DNA from: Parasitella parasitica NRRL 2501
Taxonomy: Eukaryota > Fungi > Mucoromycota
Assembly: GCA_025201805.1 (NCBI GenBank)
Contig: MU619296.1
Span: 1 to 64,000, forward strand
DNA length: 64,000 nucleotides
Reading direction: 5' to 3'
The notes beneath the pieces are model-generated. The model ran no database searches. It was not told where the DNA came from and saw only the letters and a program-made list of their open reading frames with translations. The number at the start of each line of letters is the position of its first letter. Position 1 is the stretch's first letter. The position numbers were made by a program, and so were the translations under genes. Positions 50,930-64,000 of the stretch are shown here, one piece after another.

Positions 50930-51139
50930 TGTAAGAGAATGGATTTAGAAAGAGAAGAGAGAGAGAGGAAAGAGAAAGATGAAGAAAACTCACGTTATCT
51001 AAGCAAATATAGGTTTATCTACAAAAATATACTCTCCCCCAGTTTTTTTTTTATTTTTTTAGCGTCGGCTTCAGAAAGCTATATACAAAATGACAATGTG
51101 AGAATTGCTGTAGATTTTTGTTACACACGCAATTAGTTT

Positions 51140-52276
51140 TTATTTCTTCTTGTACAAGCGAATAAAGTATCTCATGTTCTGAACATCTATAGGATATTTT
51201 AAGTGGTCCGGATGTCTAGTTGCCAAACGTTTAGTCAAAACAAGCACACGATAGCAGAATAGCATTACGTACCGATACCAGCGAGAATCCTCCCTCACTA
51301 CTATTTCCAAATCTTGGATAGCATCCAGTAGCATGTACACCATATATGTCTTGTCTCCAACTTTTAAATGTGAAAACGACCCAGCCGATTCAACCACCTG
51401 ATATTCGATATTGATTGGGAATTAATAGCCATTCACACACTTGAAAAATACACACAGACTTACCAGCAAATATGCCCCTTTCTTCATCGTATTGACCATC
51501 TTTTGTATTAAAGCCATCGCTGCTGCCTTCTTAACAAACAATTCGTTCATCACAAACATAAATGTGATCAAATCGGCTTCCTGTAATCTTGCGTCGATCT
51601 CTTGATTATCAGCATCCAGCACATCGCTCTGCTCATATGTGCATTGCAATTGCTCTTGACTCAGTAACCATTTTTCTCGGATTGTCTTTTCCAGCGAATC
51701 TAGCACAGTTTTGTAGTCGCCAATGTCCTGCATTATTAAATTGACTTGCTGACGTTCGGCTGGCACTCTAGTCATAGCAGCGGCAATGGCTGTTAATTCC
51801 GAACCCGAGCCAGAGCCGATGCAGTATATTCGGCTTCGCTTGGTAAGAAATTTCAAAAGTTGAGGTCTACAGAATATCTCAAAATAGCACAATGCTCTTC
51901 CGGGTACGTAGGCTGCTGTATACACTTCCAGGTTGATTGCTTCTGTGAAAATCCCCTCGTAATCACGCTGAACAAAACTGTGCTTGATCAGCTGCAGGAT
52001 TTTGAAGAAATCTTTACGGGCGAATGTATCCATACATGCCTTGCGGATCATTGATAATATGCCTTTTTAGGATGCGTGCGTTCAGCTTTTACTATTTGCT
52101 TTCCATGCACATATTCATGCCTTACTCTGCTCGGGATCAGTGCCCAAAATCTTCCAACGTTCTCTGAGAGCAACTTTATCATAGGTAACCTTGGGCTTTG
52201 ATACCCTTTTAGGCTCTGTAGTTATGCTTTCCAAGGATAAATCCTTTAGTGAATCAGTTAGTTCCTTGGTGCTCAT
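51140..52276 (-). CDS. BMT6: 25S rRNA uridine-N3 methyltransferase Bmt6-like (DUF3115)
   Basis: IKHSFVQRDY..IF, YTAAYVPGRALCY, CIGSGSGSEL, LITFMFVMNELF, VESAGSFS and YPIDVQNMRYFIRLY. Confidence 0.8.
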
Positions 52277-52446
52277 TCAGATCACTTTGTTGACACTGTG
52301 AGACGAGAGAGTAAAAAAAAAAAAAAAGGCATCCCCACTTTTAAGCCACTGCTATCATTTTTGACATGCAATCGACGTAATCTGAGGTTCGGAGTGATGA
52401 TCACTGATCGATTCATGATCAACTTTCTCTCTTTTATTATTCAATT

Positions 52447-53864
52447 ATGCCAGAGATAGCAGAGGTAAAAGTATATGAAGGATCAAAGTCTCTTGGTCAA
52501 AACGCTCAATTGTTCTTAGGTAGAGCGTGCTCGTCTTCGTATCCATAGACAATGCATAAATTACAAGATCACACATGTAGAAGCGGTAGGCACTAAATCT
52601 AACCGACGTAGACAGTGTTCATAACTGGTTGTCATAGCAACCTGATACGAATATCTTTAAAGGAATCTCCCCTGACGATTTTGAAAAGACCATCATGAGC
52701 AAAACTCTTGTTGATACCAAACGATGGGGAAAATACTTCATTTTGAGTAAGGGCATGAGAAATACATAGATTACTCATCGCATTGGTGCTAATCTACAAT
52801 TTAGTCTTCGATAAAGAACCCCATATAGTTGGCCATTTAGGCATGACTGGAGGTATCCGTGTAAAGTACTTTCTTAATCTAACAAAACAATATACAGTGG
52901 CGATATACTAATGGCAAATGCTGCGGTAGTTTAAGCATGAGGAGCTCGATAAAGGTTTAGAATGGCCGCCTCGTTTCCATAAGCTACTGGTAACATTTAC
53001 AGACCCAAACACTAGGAAACAAATTCACTTTGGCTTCAAGGATCCTCGTCGATGGAGTCGACTTCGACTAGTGTCTGGGGATCCCTTTACATCTGATCCA
53101 ATTAACAAACTAGGATTCGATCCTGTATTAGCGCTACCTGATTTGGAAACTTTCAAATCAATGGTACAAAAACGTTCAATTCCTGTCAAGGCATTACTAT
53201 TAGATCAATCTTTTTCTGCTGGCGTAGGTAATTGGGTTGCAGACGAAATTCTATACCATGCCATGATTCACCCCGCTCAATATACAAATACATTGACCGA
53301 GAAAGAGTTGAGTGACATGTATCGCAAGATGAAGTTTGTCTGCGAAACTGCTGTAGCCGTAGAGGCAGACGAAAGCAAGTTCCCTGAAGATTGGTTGATG
53401 AAATATCGATGGAACAAGGGCAAAAAGAATGAGGATAAAGGGAAATTACCCAATGGCCTTTTGCTAAAATTCGAGACAGTAAGGCAAATGCTATATTATA
53501 TGCTAAATATACAGTTTTTGCTGATGTCAACACAAATATGCTCGTTATGTAGGTTGGCGGAAGAACATCTGCATTCGCTCCCGCAAGGCAAATTTTGCGT
53601 TTATCTGGAGGAAACACAAAGATATCTGTCAAAAGAAAACGAGTAGTTGGCGCAATAAAAAACCAAGCTTTCGACGACGACGATGATAAGTCTAACGTAG
53701 CGGCAGATGAGTATTCTGTCTCCGTCTCAGCACCGAAAAAAAAGAAGACTACAGCCATGAAAAGAGTGCATGTTAAAGCCGAAGTTGAGGAGGAGGATGA
53801 TACGGAAATCTTGACCAAGAAATCTGTTCGCTCAGTTTCTTCCAGATATAATTTTAGACGTTAA
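52447..53864 (+). CDS. fpg: Formamidopyrimidine-DNA glycosylase (plant/fungal type, multi-exon)
   Basis: MPEIAEVE N-terminus, RWGKYF, HLGMTG, FKDPRR, H2TH motif VKALLLDQSFSAGVGNWVADEILY and VGGRTSAF. Confidence 0.93.
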
Positions 53865-53982
53865 ATGTTGATTTTATGGAGGATGGCCATGGACTTGCTT
53901 TTTGAATAAAAGTGTCAGTTTTTTCTTTTTTTGAAAACGCTTCTACTCTTGCTTTACATATTTTCTTTCGGCAAAGTATCAT

Positions 53983-54951
53983 ATGCAAAAAGAACTCGCA
54001 GCCTTGGCAGTAGGCATTATTGTAAGTCATTATATATTCAAGCAGAAAAAGGACCGAAAGCGCATTTTGAAACCGCAAAGTGAGCGCGTTGTTATCTTGG
54101 GTTGTTCGTCTGGTATTGGAAAGGAATGTGCTCTTAGTTATGCAGCTCGAGGAGCCAGACTTGTACTGTTTGCTCGTAGAAAACAGTTATTGGAACAATT
54201 GAAGCAGCAGTGTCAAGATGCAGGATCGCCTCAAGTGGAATTGCTCGCAGGTGATGTGACGATACAGGATGATCTTGCGAAATTAGCAGACTTCACCAAG
54301 GATACGCTGGGCGATATTGTAGACACAGTTATTTATTGTGCAGGCATGATCTCTGTGAGGCCGTTTTTAGACGCTTGTGGCATTAAAATCACCAAAGAAT
54401 CAACTGATCAGCAGCGGTACACAGTGCAAGACAACGAAACAGGGCAGCAAATTGGCAGCGCATTGCTAAAAATCACTACCATCAACTATTTCTCAGCAGT
54501 TTGGACAGCACGTTTATTTCTTCCGCTATTGCTGAATTCAGCATCGCCGAATTTTATCGTGGTCTCCTCAATGGCTGGCAAAGTGGGAGCACCCACTCGT
54601 GGGCTGTATTCAGGATCCAAACATGCACTTCATGGCTTTTTTGATTCCATTCGAGTGGAGCTTTCTCCGTACAACATTCACATTGGACTTATTTGTCCAG
54701 GCACAGTGGACACAGAGCTGCGTCAATCAGCAGTAGACAAAGCTCTGGGTGGTTCTGGTAATGCCGGGATAGCGGGATCAAAAAAGAACAAGTTGTCGCC
54801 TTCGACCGTTGCGAGGCGTATTATTCAAGCATCCGATATGAGAGAAAGAGAAGTCTATATTCCAGCATGGTTTGGCCATGTTGCCATGTGGGCCAAACTG
54901 ATCGCTAGTCCGCTAGTCGAATATGCTGCTGCTAGAAAGTATAAAATCTGA
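53983..54951 (+). CDS. Short-chain dehydrogenase/reductase (DHRS7-like)
   Basis: GCSSGIG, VSSMAG, YSGSK and CPGTVDT, with an N-terminal anchor. Confidence 0.92.
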   Translation: MQKELAALAVGIIVSHYIFKQKKDRKRILKPQSERVVILGCSSGIGKECALSYAARGARLVLFARRKQLLEQLKQQCQDAGSPQVELLAGDVTIQDDLAKLADFTKDTLGDIVDTVIYCAGMISVRPFLDACGIKITKESTDQQRYTVQDNETGQQIGSALLKITTINYFSAVWTARLFLPLLLNSASPNFIVVSSMAGKVGAPTRGLYSGSKHALHGFFDSIRVELSPYNIHIGLICPGTVDTELRQSAVDKALGGSGNAGIAGSKKNKLSPSTVARRIIQASDMREREVYIPAWFGHVAMWAKLIASPLVEYAAARKYKI

Positions 54952-55109
54952 AGCTGGCAGTGCACGTGCAAATCGGTAAAGATTCCACTCTGCTTCTTAG
55001 TTTCTTCAGCACGTGCTTTCATTAAAGTTTATTACTCTTAATAAAACGCCTCTCGCTCTCGCCTTTCTCTTTCTTTCCTTTACAACTCTTCCCATTGTAA
55101 ATATATACC

Positions 55110-55797
55110 ATGGACACATATATTTCAAATTACAGCAGGAACAGCAACATGTCAAACGAATTGGTTGCTCCCAACGCAAGCCATCCTATCAGGTTACCAG
55201 AGTTATTTACAAGCACCAACAATAGTCCTGCAGGTTCCCAGCAAAATTCAAGGTCTCCCTCCCCTTCTTCTTCATTTAGACCTTCTCCATTGGATCATAG
55301 GCCTGATCTAACTGGTAGACAGTCCTGGAGGAGAAGAGAATCACTGCCCTCTATTGCTTATATCACACAACAGCAGACGGAAGATCCAATGGAACGTCGT
55401 CATTCTATAGCAACTCGCACTTCGACACCGCCATCATCGTTGCAAGAAAGGCGCCACAGTACCAATGGATCCTATTCCAGATCTCCAGAGCTACGCATTA
55501 GCCACAAATTGGCAGAGCGTAAAAGAAGAAAAGAAATGAAGGACCTATTTGATGATTTGAAAGAGCTGTTGCCGATGGACAAAAGCTTGAAATCAAGCAA
55601 GTGGGAAATACTGAGCAAAGGTAATTGTTTTAGTGGCTTTGGGCAGCATGCAATTGACATAATTTCTGCGTGTTTCAGCTGTGGAGTATATTGATCGATT
55701 GCGTGAAAAGGAAGTACGCGCTTCGCATGAAAAAGAGGAATTACAGAGGGAATTAAGCAAATTGAAGGAATCCTCTTCATCTTCTTCTTTTCACTGA
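55110..55797 (+). CDS. bHLH transcription factor
   Basis: [44 protein letters not shown], intron, then AVEYIDRL with stop at 55797. Confidence 0.9.
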
Positions 55798-55871
55798 GAT
55801 TCCCCTTTAATCCCTCTCTTGTTTGTCTGATTTCACCCCTTATCAACTTTTTTGCCCCTTGTAATCATTGA

Positions 55872-55902
<31 letters not shown>

Positions 55903-55952
55903 TCTTTTCTTTTTTCTTTTCTTTATATTGTATTCAACAAAAATACTCTGCA

Positions 55953-56408
55953 ATGCATTCCCATTACTATATAACGATAATATCTTTAATTTTCATCTTG
56001 TTTCATCAAGCGCAAGCACAGCAACAAGGCGATGGTATAATGCCGACACCTACAGCGACAATATTTACTGTATCAAACACAACATCGACGACGACAACAA
56101 CGTCGACCACATCTACGATGGTAGCTAGCAATAATGCAACTGCAACAGGAAACACAACCACTTTATCACTTACTTTATCGCCTTCCCCCACATCTTTTGT
56201 TTTCACCCATTTTCCTTTTCCAATGCATACGGGATCGAGCTCTTCAATGATGTCGAGCGCAAGGCCTTCGCAATCAGCTCCTCTCCCAGATGATACAATT
56301 GGAAAATACGGCCGGTTGCATGTTTCCGGCGCCCCTTCTAAACCATTTTATTCAAGTATTACCCTTTATTTTGCTACTCTGTTTGTTTGTTACTGTTTTT
56401 TGGTCTAA
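55953..56408 (+). CDS. Small secreted Ser/Thr-rich, probably GPI-anchored, protein
   Basis: Signal-peptide-like N-terminus, Thr/Ser-rich core and hydrophobic C-terminus. Confidence 0.7.
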   Translation: MHSHYYITIISLIFILFHQAQAQQQGDGIMPTPTATIFTVSNTTSTTTTTSTTSTMVASNNATATGNTTTLSLTLSPSPTSFVFTHFPFPMHTGSSSSMMSSARPSQSAPLPDDTIGKYGRLHVSGAPSKPFYSSITLYFATLFVCYCFLV

Positions 56409-56460
56409 AATAGCACTCGTGTTTACATTAAAACAGCAATTTACAAATATTCTAAAATAC

Positions 56461-56462
<2 letters not shown>

Positions 56463-56523
<61 letters not shown>

Positions 56524-56533
56524 NNNNNNNNNN
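56463..56533. other. Poly(T) of at least 61 nt ending in an assembly gap (N 56524-56533)
   Basis: Directly visible. Confidence 1.
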
Positions 56534-57050
56534 ACCTTGGTTTTTAGTGTTTAACGAATATGGGTATTTGTAACTTGCATAGGTCTGTTTGGGGCATTGA
56601 TATTTAACTCAACTTAATAATAAAAAGAAGAAGAGAAGGATACTAGGCGCTAACTGGATAGAGACACATAACGGAAAGGGACACAGAATGGTGGTAGTGC
56701 AAATATGAAGGATATCAAGTGGTGATGGTGATGAGTAAAAAACAACAGGAAATACAGGAATTTATATCCAGTTCTTTGTTTTTTGATGTTTGACCAGATC
56801 AATGTCAGTATCTCTTTGCTGTTGGAAACGGGAGTGCCAAAGCATTTTTAGCTGCGGTATGAGGATGATATGATATTTACTGTAGTAAGAGATTGTGCAA
56901 GGAGTATTTAAATCTGTCGTAGCCGAGGTAGTAGCTCCCCTTTCACTAAGAAGATCTCGGATTCTTTGGATAGTGATATTTAATGAATAAGATGTCTCTT
57001 TGTTTCTGTTTACCCTAGATATGTAACTCAATGATGTGCCCGGAAGTCAA
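56534..57050 (-). mobile_element. Probable LINE 3' remnant
   Basis: Minus-strand coding fragment (CTISYYSKYH..LKMLWHSRFQQ) followed by a pyrimidine-rich UTR-like stretch leading to the poly(A). Confidence 0.35.
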
Positions 57051-57514
57051 ACTTGAGTAAACTCAATTATACTGAACACAATCAAGGAGCATATCTCAGT
57101 AAACCATGAATGCTCCATAACATCCATAACTCATCAACATGACATGTTCATGGACAATAGAATACCGGGTACAATATATCGTCACATTCTCTAAATCACA
57201 CCATGTCTCACACCTACACCTTACCCTTCCATCAGTTCACTAAGATTTACTAGCACGGTACATAAACTATCCTATTTTCCATGTAATAAACTAGATTTTT
57301 ACCTGGTTAATTGACGACCGTTTTGTTTCATTCTAAATAAATCACTCATAGCGTCTTTAAACCGAGGATAATATTTATCTTGTTGGTCTAGAATGACTTT
57401 AAGCGAGATCGCTTTCAATTCTGTAGTAATTAATTAAACCTGAATACGCTACCTTTAATTGCCAACCCATTCACATCGAAAATGCGAAAATGTTATTGCA
57501 GATAGCTTTGGATA

Positions 57515-57870
57515 GACCCATCGCCCAGTGGATATTAAATTATGATCAGATAGCAATAATTATGCTTTGATTTAATAAAGCGTGTAAGACATGCTTTGAT
57601 TTGCTTTTTATTGCAGCCAGCAATCAGTGTTTATGTTCAATTTCCATATGGTTTCTGCTGGTAACTTTATGGGTAGTATCAATATAAAAAAAAAATGGTT
57701 GCAAATGTTGTAGTCAGATAGTATCAAGTCAACACCAAGTTTTTCAAGTTAAATCGCGGTTCTGCGGTCATTTCAGCCCAAATTGTGAGCAAATATCTTA
57801 TTTTATGATATATATTGAAAAGTAAGAATGTTTTTGCAGCTCAGATTGCGATAATCATGTCTGTTTAATC
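57515..57870 (-). repeat. Inverted copies of the dispersed repeat at 19740-20140
   Basis: Reverse complement contains TTACCAGCAGAAAC(C/T)ATATG(G/A)AAATTG and TCCACTGGGCGATG, matching 19763 and 20108. A second partial copy lies near 57840. Confidence 0.7.
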
Positions 57871-59818
57871 AGGCCTAAAAGTATGGAATTCAGTGTTATA
57901 TCAAGGTTATCTCATAGTCCTTATTATACAAGGTTTCACTCTTTTATAGTACCGTGTATTATTTTGGAATCTGAGGTAAATCATGGGTAATCCTGATTTG
58001 CACTTCACAGGCGGTTCTAGATAGTAATGCTCTTTGTTATAGTCCACATTATGCTAATCCTAGCATAATATCATTGTGTATAAATACATCTATAGGATGT
58101 ATTCGTAATAAAGTGTGATTCTTTGACAGATTATTATTTCTATTTGACTTTTGACATAACATTCTTCCGGAGCTTCCTCTTAACAATAATGCCTTAATTT
58201 TATTATGCGTATTGAAAACCCCTTTTATTTGGAACTTGGTTATAAACAAAAGTATATACAAAAGCTATCGACTATGAAGTGCGAAAAAAGATAAATGTCA
58301 TCACATGATCGACGGCCCCTTTTCTCTATGCTTTTACAACTCTTCCTTAAGTCTCATAATTAGTTGCAATGAGGCACACAATATATGCAGTATGTTTTTT
58401 CTCTTAAGCCGAAGAAGGTGCCAATGATGTACATTTAATCAACTAGAAGAGTTACGGTTGCTGGATGGCCTCATGGGCACAAGATAATGCCTTAAAACCA
58501 AATCCTTCTTGGCAATGTGGCTGTTGGGATGGAAAAGAGTATTGCTCTTGACCATCGTCGTCGCAGGTTTTGTTCGCATCGTTCATATGTAAAATGTTGT
58601 GTCAACAACATTGTTGCACACTCTTGCGGGTTTACCTTTATTCTACCATTTTATTCTTACAAGAACATCCTTGACACATAGTTGTTTAAAATCCTAATAC
58701 AGAGAATTTGATAAAATGCTTTCTTTAAAGAACGAATTAATTTAGGATTTGCTTTTATATATATATATTATCATTAAATCAACATGTATAATACACAGCA
58801 AAAAAACTAATGCTATAGTATACTAGCATATACAGAATTTGTCCTTAATTTAACATAAATACTATATGATTCACAATGAAAACCAAATGAGAATGTTTTA
58901 TGGTTGAAGCTGCTAAAAAAATGCCTTAATAATTCTGAAAAATTCAAGATAGCATTATACAACTAATATGAACAACTGTCCGTCGATAAAATATACTCTT
59001 GTGTAATATATAGTATACAGTTGTTATGGAAACTGCTCTCGCTTCTTTATTGCGAAGATTTTATTCAACAAGTGTCGCTATTTTCTCACCCGTCTATGTC
59101 AAATATTGTACCTATGAGCAAGGCAAATGCTACCAAACCATTTATTACGGGTCAAGGACATCCGATCAAATACACGAGTTCCTTCCTTCATTTGTATGAA
59201 GTTTTCAATGTTCGTTCTTGTCAAATCAAAATCAATGACGAATAAACCACTGCTTCTAACATCCAAGTTTAATTCATACATTTGATCTGTAACCAATCAA
59301 ATCACTGTGGCAGGAAGTCGCTGTATAATTGGAAAATAAAATACTTTCGAGTATTAGTGAAGTCAATATGTCGCTTACAGGTGCTTTAACATATGGCACA
59401 GTTTGACGCTAGCTGAATACGGGATCCCTATATGGCGTTTTGTGAGTAAAAGAATTCCACATTTGCATAAAGATGGAAGATTGCTTGGTTTGCATATTCA
59501 AAAAGATCACATCGTCTCACGTATATGAAATTATCATACTAAAATCATGTGAATCCAATAAAATAAATAGCATTTTTTTTTTTTGGAATTTACTTGTTCA
59601 CAGCTTGTCAAACTCAACCTTGATACTACAATATTGCGTCAAAATCAATATTGGCAATTTCGTTTATTAAATAAACATGTGTATATTTGGGATATGCAGG
59701 AATTAAAGGAAAAATAAAAAAAAGAAGGAGGTGATAAGAAAAGATGTTTACAAATAAATTAGGTAAAATATTAATATTCTGTCAAATACGACACATGTGT
59801 ACAACTGATTCCAGCAGC

Positions 59819-61060
59819 TTAAAATAAAATCTCCAGTTGTTTTTGATTCAGAATATCCTTGTAGCATCTAAGTTTGATCAATTCATGCAAAATAAAGTGT
59901 AATTTTTTGTCCCAGTTAGTCAGTGCCTGCATACTATTTACACATGCTCGATGGCCAACCCCAAACTAAAGAGGTCGATAAGTTTTTTCTGCAGTTATGG
60001 CAAAAGCAATTTCTTATATTGTATATGTATATGTACCTTCTTATCAACAGAAAGTTTCAATTCACGATGCTCGTTTAGCTGCTTGTTCAATTGGTTGATT
60101 TGCACCTCAATGTCCATGCATTGATCGTGGATATCTAATGTGCTGTTTACCATGCAAGGAGTTGGCGAATGCCACAAGGGAACATCAGTAAATTCTTGCG
60201 TAGTATTGTCCCATTTGGCTCCCCAGCCATAATCAATATTGCATATCGCTCCAGGCAAAGGCCCTTTGCTAATTTTAGCGGCTGTTAGGTTGCATGCCTC
60301 GACCCACGCTTGAACAGCAAACAGATCAAGCGACTCAAATAACCACAGCCCACCATCTCCTGTCTCTAAACGAAATACATGTGGTCGTTGTGGGTTCCAG
60401 CCTGGCGGAGGGATGGCAGTTGCATAAGTGTGGTTCATTTCCAATGTAGCTAACGGAGCCTGCTCTTCATCTGCTTGCCAGTGAGGGTGCTGATGCATGA
60501 TGTCTTGGAGAGACGAAAACGAGGCAGATGGGTTCCAAAGCATCATACTGGTGCTCTTTCTTCGTCTGCCCTTTTCAGAATCGTCTACCATATGCTGTTG
60601 CGTAGGCTTGTACATAACCAGCTCTGTATCCTTGATAACCAGATAGCACAATTGCCATTGTCGGTTACGCGCTCGTTTATCTGAGCTTTCCATGACGTGT
60701 TTGCGCATAACAAGGCCTTGTTTGAATAGTTCCTCTTTCTTCATGGGAACCAAAGGCAAATCTTTGACCTTTAAGAAATCATCGAGCGGGTTGTGGTTGT
60801 GGTTGCTGTCCATGATAACAGATTGTCCCCGTCTTCTTCTAGAACGGCGAACAGAACCATCTTGTTGATCAAGCGTATTTTTTGGCAAGGTTCTTGATCT
60901 TTGTATTGGGGTGGCCGCCTTTCCAGGGATAGCCGGAACGGCAGGGACTGCAATCTCTGCTTGGTCAATGCGATGAGATTTTACAGCTGCATACATTTCC
61001 TAAATACATGAAGCAATTAATTTAATGAAACTAAAGCATGATAATAAAAGAGTCTCAACT

Positions 61061-61107
<47 letters not shown>

Positions 61108-63007
61108 GTATGTATGTTTATGTACCTTTAGTAATACTTCAACATCTGCGAGCCATGTCTTTTGAGCTCTTGTCAGACCTTCGGGCACACTGCTGCTTTT
61201 GCGAGATATGTTTGATTTGAAAGCATCAAATTTTTGAGACAAGTTACTGATAGGAGTAATTGGACTGCTGGCACTGCTGATACTATGGCTACTGCTTTCA
61301 CAATTATCAGGAGATTCGTCATCATTCAAATACGATATGGTTGAAGGGGAGCTGTCGTTTCTTTTAAGATGATAAGATGACGAATCAATGCTTTGATGGC
61401 TAACAAGGGATGCGCGACGTTTTCGTTGTTGCGAGAAACTGCTATCCACCAAATGAGGGAACACTAGTGATTGAACGGTTTCCATGGTATTCTTTACAAA
61501 ACTTGATCTAGTCATTTTATTTGTCCAATCATTAACAACGTGCAGATCGGTGTTCAGCAGCAGCAGCGAGTAGGCAACGGCGTAAACCACATCAAAGCAA
61601 TGCAGCATGGTCTCTGGATTGCATTCGTAATATCTCTTTGCGAATGCTTCGATGATCCGATCTAATTGCTGAGATTCAGCCTTCAAATAGAGCTTAGAGC
61701 ACAATGTACGAAATGCATTGTCTAATCTTTGATTGGCGAAATCAAAATTGTTCATGTAAAGCAAAAGCACTCTTGACCTTGAGGACCTTTTTTTGCATGC
61801 ATCATTAATTTCAATTAGAATTAAAATAAAAAATGTGTCTTTCTGATATACATTACTTTGGCGACCCAAGGAATTCCGCAATCTCTTCTTTAGGGCATAG
61901 GGTTGCATCTTCAAGCCATAGTCTTTTTTGTAGCACTTGTTCGTCTTTCTGCACTTGTGGATCCGATCGATTGTCGACGACTAGTGCTGATGTTGCTGCT
62001 AATGCTGTCGATGCCGCTACCCCTTCATGTTTGCACTCGTGCTTCTCAATTTGTTGTGCTTGCTGAGAATAATCTAGAGCAGAAACGATTTCTTTATCAT
62101 TCGATATGCAGGAGGAAGATGTCGACAATGATGCAGATGATGCTGATGCTGATGATGATGATGCTGACGATGCATTGGAAGATGAAAATGTTGCGTCGAT
62201 ATGTTGCGGGGATGCAAATGTACTGTAGATGGAACTATTGCATAAACTGTTTGCCCTTCTCAAAACCTGATGATCCAAGACTCCTGAATCAATGGTGGAA
62301 AAATCTAACGTGTGACGATTACACCTCCTAAAGGTGCCATTGTTATTGGCAGCGGTTGGAATCATTGGTGAACGGTAGCTCTTGGTAATTGCGGTAGATT
62401 TTGATACCATCTTTTTCTGCTTTTTGGATCTATTAATACGGATGTGTGATGGACTCTGTTTGGAATGCGACGATATATTACAAGGAACCAGAATTCTTCT
62501 ATCTTTGATGCCGCCAGAAGAAGAGGGAGCGGGAGGCAAAAGGGATTTATTGTCATTCTCTTTCTCTGTTTGTGTTTGTGTTTGTGTTTGTGCCGCTGCA
62601 GCTGCTGATGGCTGCGTGTTTGTCTAAAATTAAATAAATATGCAACATTTTTAGTTTGTGTGGCCCAAACAATCTTTTTTTTTTTTTTTTGGCTCTAATA
62701 TACTTTACACCTCTCAATTTCATAAAGAAACTTTTCAATGACTGTAATTATAAACTGTGATTAGTTGCTAGGAAAAAATGCTGCTTCAGTGGTCATTGCA
62801 TACCTTGGATACTGGCTGTTTTTTTACATTTGCATAATTTTTGTTATTGTGGTATCTTTTTCTAACAATAGCCTCTTGCTCCTTGTGTGTCAGGCCGATA
62901 GAGTAGTCAAATTGATCATCGTCTTTGCTTGTTACAAAGCCGCCTTCTTGAAGATACTCTGCTGGAGAAACGCCGTTCAATTTTCTTGAATTTGGCAGTA
63001 TACTCAT
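59819..63007 (-). CDS. Sec7 + PH domain Arf guanine-nucleotide exchange factor (Syt1/Yel1/EFA6-like, multi-exon)
   Basis: IAEFLG, FDFANQRLDNAFRTLCSKLYLKAESQQLDRIIEAFAKRY, AYSLLLLNTDLH and PH motifs KQGLVMRKH...RPHVFRL. 5' exons from ATG 63007 splice in frame. Confidence 0.9.
61067..61110. repeat. (TG)n microsatellite in an intron
   Basis: Directly visible. A similar (CA)n lies at about 47630-47651. Confidence 0.95.
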
Positions 63008-64000
63008 TAATAATCGAACCAAAAAGAATGAAGAGAAAAAAGAAAGAGTAAAAAACGAGGGAATCCTTGTAATCTGTATTTATGCTTCAAAAGGAGGGGG
63101 GGGGGGGAGTTATGAAAAAATTCTTTAATTGTTCAAATGCCAAATTTGGTGATTGACACGACATTGCTTCTATTGTTGTTTTATTGGATTTGCTTCCTGA
63201 GCGTTATACTGGTGCCAGGTTGAACGAATAGCTTTGCTAATCTACTCTGAAAAAAGTGCGTATGTATGGTGGTTTCAATGGGTGGAAATTTTGAGCAAGA
63301 GCCCATTACTAACAGAGTTTCATGCAAGTGTGCATTCTCAATTGAACCCACTGACTTTGCCAATGCAAAAGAAGTTTTCTTTTAGGACGACTTTAGGCAA
63401 TTAGGAGAACCTTTAAATAAAAAAAGGAATTTTTAATTATTCGTATAACGAGTAATATCGTCCACTATGATCGTCTTTATCGTCAGAATGATCTTCCAAA
63501 TGACTGTCTTGCTTTTTAGGATCAGGCACATTCATGTTCAAGGGTTGCGCGAAAAGACCAGATCGCAAACACACTCCTTCCTTTCATTGTTATCGACTTC
63601 TAAATGTGGTTTCTAGAGATTATTAGTAGCTTGAAATTAAACTATCTTCTGAACTGGAGGATTCCAAACAGCTAAATTTAGCTGCAGAGCGAGCTCACAT
63701 TGTTAGACCCCTTTTTGTCAGCACTACCAAAGAGGCTCTTGAAGGGTGCACATTGCTTCAATGCTTTTTAGGATTATTACATCACCTAGCCAGAGCACGC
63801 CGGCCCAAATAACTGCAGATTGAACAGACCTTGCGGCTTGCAAACTTGATCGTGTTCGCGATATGTATCCACCATAAAATCAAATCACCAGATAAATTAA
63901 AATGAGACTCAGGAATGAAATAACTGACTCTCTTTTTTTTTCTTTGAAAAAAAAAATCAAACTCTAGTAAGCGTATAGGTTTTTACTTTCTTTTATTTAT

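Noticed and set aside
52447-53864. Horizontally acquired bacterial mutM
   Set aside because: It has many spliceosomal introns and the zinc-finger-less plant/fungal C-terminus.
58300-59400. Coding-like fragments (also 1000-2750, 20530-20760, 22600-23570, 33770-34330, 63180-63900)
   Set aside because: Multiple stops and frameshifts, and no motif I can assign with confidence. Probably decayed TE genes.

Overview
Intron-rich, AT-rich fungal nuclear DNA. The 18S fragment, short introns and gene and TE repertoire point to Mucorales (Mucor/Parasitella-like). The window holds about 26 protein-coding genes: PFA4, TIM23, a cold-shock-domain protein, a Spo71-like PH protein, an MFS sugar porter, Hsp40, SLP1, SAP30BP-like, a dipeptidase, an RRM protein, beta-tubulin, a double-HMG factor, CDC1-like, CK1, DUG1, PMP22, BMT6, Fpg, an SDR, a bHLH factor and a Sec7-PH GEF, among others. 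Between them lie islands of TE debris (LINE ORF1 and 3' fragments, two deleted Helitrons, dispersed repeats), an orphan 18S rDNA fragment and two assembly gaps. The most unusual feature is a cassette at about 8.4/9.35-11.9 kb. It carries two convergent paralogous PD-(D/E)XK (Rpn/PDDEXK_2-like) genes, one with the catalytic motif plus a C-terminal extension and one shorter with the catalytic residues replaced. A helically phased 11-bp/53-64-bp higher-order repeat array sits beside them, with inverted copies of the same motif on the other side. This is a candidate new mobile or selfish (nuclease plus dead-paralog) system. Also notable is a beta-tubulin that naturally carries A198 and Y167, both benzimidazole-resistance residues. 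All family calls come from motif recognition by eye; no searches were run.
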